Below are positions 63,401-64,000 of a DNA stretch of 64,000 nucleotides, in pieces (the first letter of the stretch is position 1; each line of letters starts with the position of its first letter). The stretch is from a virus. The position numbers and the translations under genes were made by a program. Location: the IMG/VR virus record IMGVR_UViG_3300028920_000035, positions 1 to 64,000 of that record; one strand, given 5' to 3'. Below the pieces are notes generated by a model. It worked only from the letters and a program-made list of their open reading frames with translations. It was not told where the DNA came from and did no database searches.

Positions 63401-64000
63401 CATGCGGATGGATGAGTCAGTGGGCAACCCTGCCGATTACTTGGTGTCAGGGCCCACCGCCGTCGTGGTGGATGTCAAAGTGCTCAACGATCGCCAGGTC
63501 CGATTGGAGCTGAGGGGCTTGTCGGCGGGCCTCTACACGCTGACTATCTCGACCTCGACCCCCAAAGACATCGCTGGCAACCCCCTTGACCCCGTATACA
63601 ACCAAGCCGCGTTCACGGGGGGTACACCGTTGCAGGTCCGCAGCGTTTTCACGGACAAGGGCCCCATTACCAAGCCGCCCGAGACTTTAGCGAGTGGCAC
63701 GGGTGCCGTACTTGATGACTTCAACGCTGTGACCTTGACGGGCGCCTCCTTGACTTCGGACGTGGTGGGCCGCCGCTTGACCCTGAGTGGTACAGGGTCC
63801 CATGCTGATGAGTACCTCATCAAGAGCTTGGTCAGCCCCACTCAGGTGCGAGTGAAGGGATGCTTCACTTTGCCCCACAGTGACACCTACGACTGGGAGG
63901 TTTTTGACCCCCGTGACGGGCAGATTGCCGACGACCCTAGCGATGTGGAGGTCCGGATCAACGGCACTCCCACGATGGTCGAGGCAGTCGTGGGCCTTTT
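60456..64000 (+). CDS. 3'-truncated giant acidic repeat / Ig-like virion protein (absent from ORF track)
   Basis: ATG 60456 (MSYGQGEYGQQGYGG...); frame open in all stretches I translated and ends in frame at the edge (...DVEVRINGTPTMVEAVVGL). Ig-like domain, ~650 aa of repeats, then Ig-like domains (NPADYLVSG...KDIAGNPL). Confidence 0.85.
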   Translation, partial: MSYGQGEYGQQGYGGSSYESGGPQLVSSDPPDSGTGVNVDTPIEMVLASPASLDLNTLNVDIDGAQAIVGGVFQAGYTGTIDQDPETEMVVTILTHPQFPVSDVTVDITITDLAGLLATPSFTFTAGQLEETVTLAETAAVTVGHAVPVADSVALAEAFSEGPVVSESLAVSDAVVSYEGQGVGAPDTLSLSEAIELGQGLIVGVTDSLVLADFAYTREAVEVADSLAISDAINIGTGIDVPETLTLSDSLETLQALQATVLDYASAFETVTLSVGIIVGVADSLTLTDGLEESVAYADDPLTVTDGVEVLAGRQVGVTDSLALTESVGFGREHTVAESLTVSGAVDADMGLSVSETLSASDAVGTEQAHARGASETVSLSEVLATSAGHKATAAETVSITENALSIDIGANVSESLSLSEGVVPEQAAGVTVNETMSVTEGALDIDRGTTVLDYLTSSDGVAVEQATPVQDSVSVSDAAEAVQGYEVGVSDSLPTLDSISTVVGQVLPVSDLMGTVDAVDVNVEITLPDSLSTSDAVGPSAGNAQPVADVVVAGDAAQTQSDASTTVADSTTLAEGLDVGVSVILSESLAVSDDVGAQQGYQVPTGDALAVADVVGTEQEYQVPVADSTATSDSFGLGVSIDVTESLGAFDNVTESRLDRTVEAAESASAVDALDEQVGQGVVVSEIASVGDLASLGEGQVVGEALTVADTVATSIPETVNVGDTLTVSDVTSQGYDVGIEVAEALALTDATAPSRNEDFGVAETLAIQEQLSTGSFQLITGGDGRLLEVYFTQEIRVDGVSNLSNYTLEPTLESDGVPVAIRSAEPIYETFQTGSSAFLAPNNPTDLFTRRVSINGVLKSVEHVGTYFRILTGQNVGIYRIVSIEQEIPGIAIVDRDLQTVDNLSLVWHHTSAVRGVRFRTTKFTNLQPYHFEARNLKSWVAGTSVTESGNFLAQNIPAPRLLEVEPQDDGSLIVTYDETMRMDESVGNPADYLVSGPTAVVVDVKVLNDRQVRLELRGLSAGLYTLTISTSTPKDIAGNPLDPVYNQAAFTGGTPLQVRSVFTDKGPITKPPETLASGTGAVLDDFNAVTLTGASLTSDVVGRRLTLSGTGSHADEYLIKSLVSPTQVRVKGCFTLPHSDTYDWEVFDPRDGQIADDPSDVEVRINGTPTMVEAVVGL
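60843..62790 (+). repeat. Degenerate ~18-20-aa protein repeats, consensus VxV(S/A/T)(D/E)(S/T)Lxx(S/T)(D/E)
   Basis: e.g. VPVADSVALAE, VGVTDSLVLAD, VGVADSLTLTD, ANVSESLSLSE, VGVSDSLPTLD; roughly 30-35 units; boundaries approximate. Confidence 0.8.

Larger units (their letters stand above)
1..64000 (+). mobile_element. Virion morphogenesis region of a large (likely jumbo) contractile-tailed phage
   Basis: Unidirectional, tightly coupled genes (many ATGA/TAATG/TGATG overlaps). Sheath, tube, tape measure, hub, spike, baseplate-J-like and fibre genes in myovirus order; very large structural ORFs; intein-laden helicase; no host housekeeping genes. Confidence 0.9.

Noticed and set aside
1-64000. 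Extracellular contractile injection system or tailocin rather than phage
   Set aside because: Neck/head-completion-like genes, intein-bearing helicase, homing-type nuclease, jumbo-sized proteins and no host genes favour a phage; no Afp15-like AAA ATPase seen. Capsid genes are outside the window, so this is not absolutely excluded.
1-64000. Stop-codon reassignment
   Set aside because: Coding density is near complete in the standard code, and TAA, TAG and TGA all end genes at coupled junctions.
58451-64000. Diversity-generating retroelement acting on fibre genes
   Set aside because: No reverse transcriptase and no near-identical TR/VR pair differing at adenines; the duplicated domains are diverged at all base types.
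1-64000. tRNA, rRNA or self-splicing introns
   Set aside because: Intergenic gaps are under ~210 nt with no cloverleaf seen; the only gene interruptions are in-frame inteins.

Overview
The window is one + strand block of about 45 tightly packed genes (roughly 60% GC by eye, standard genetic code). It reads as the virion-morphogenesis region of a large, probably jumbo, contractile-tailed phage. Gene order: neck/head-completion genes, tail terminator, a 1422-aa tail sheath, tail tube, two chaperone-like genes, tape measure, two tube-initiator-like paralogs (one with a lytic transglycosylase), hub, spike, wedge and baseplate-J/I-like genes, and fibre/lectin genes. A final acidic repeat protein of >1180 aa runs off the right edge and is missing from the ORF track. 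No capsid, portal, terminase, integrase, tRNA or CRISPR array is visible. Non-structural genes are interleaved: an actin-fold ATPase resembling archaeal volactin two genes downstream of a coiled-coil protein, a Dps/ferritin-like protein, a Zn-finger/nuclease/DNA-methyltransferase fusion, and a 2433-aa UvrD/PcrA-type helicase between sheath and tube. The helicase carries three inteins with GIY-YIG-like rather than LAGLIDADG domains. Several interleaved proteins share (K/R)-x-A boundary motifs, suggesting head-packaged cargo matured by a protease. The two best candidate new systems are (i) a phage actin plus coiled-coil adaptor expressed with late genes and (ii) a leader/KxA-tagged virion cargo system. 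All calls come from reading motifs and gene order by eye; no database search was run.
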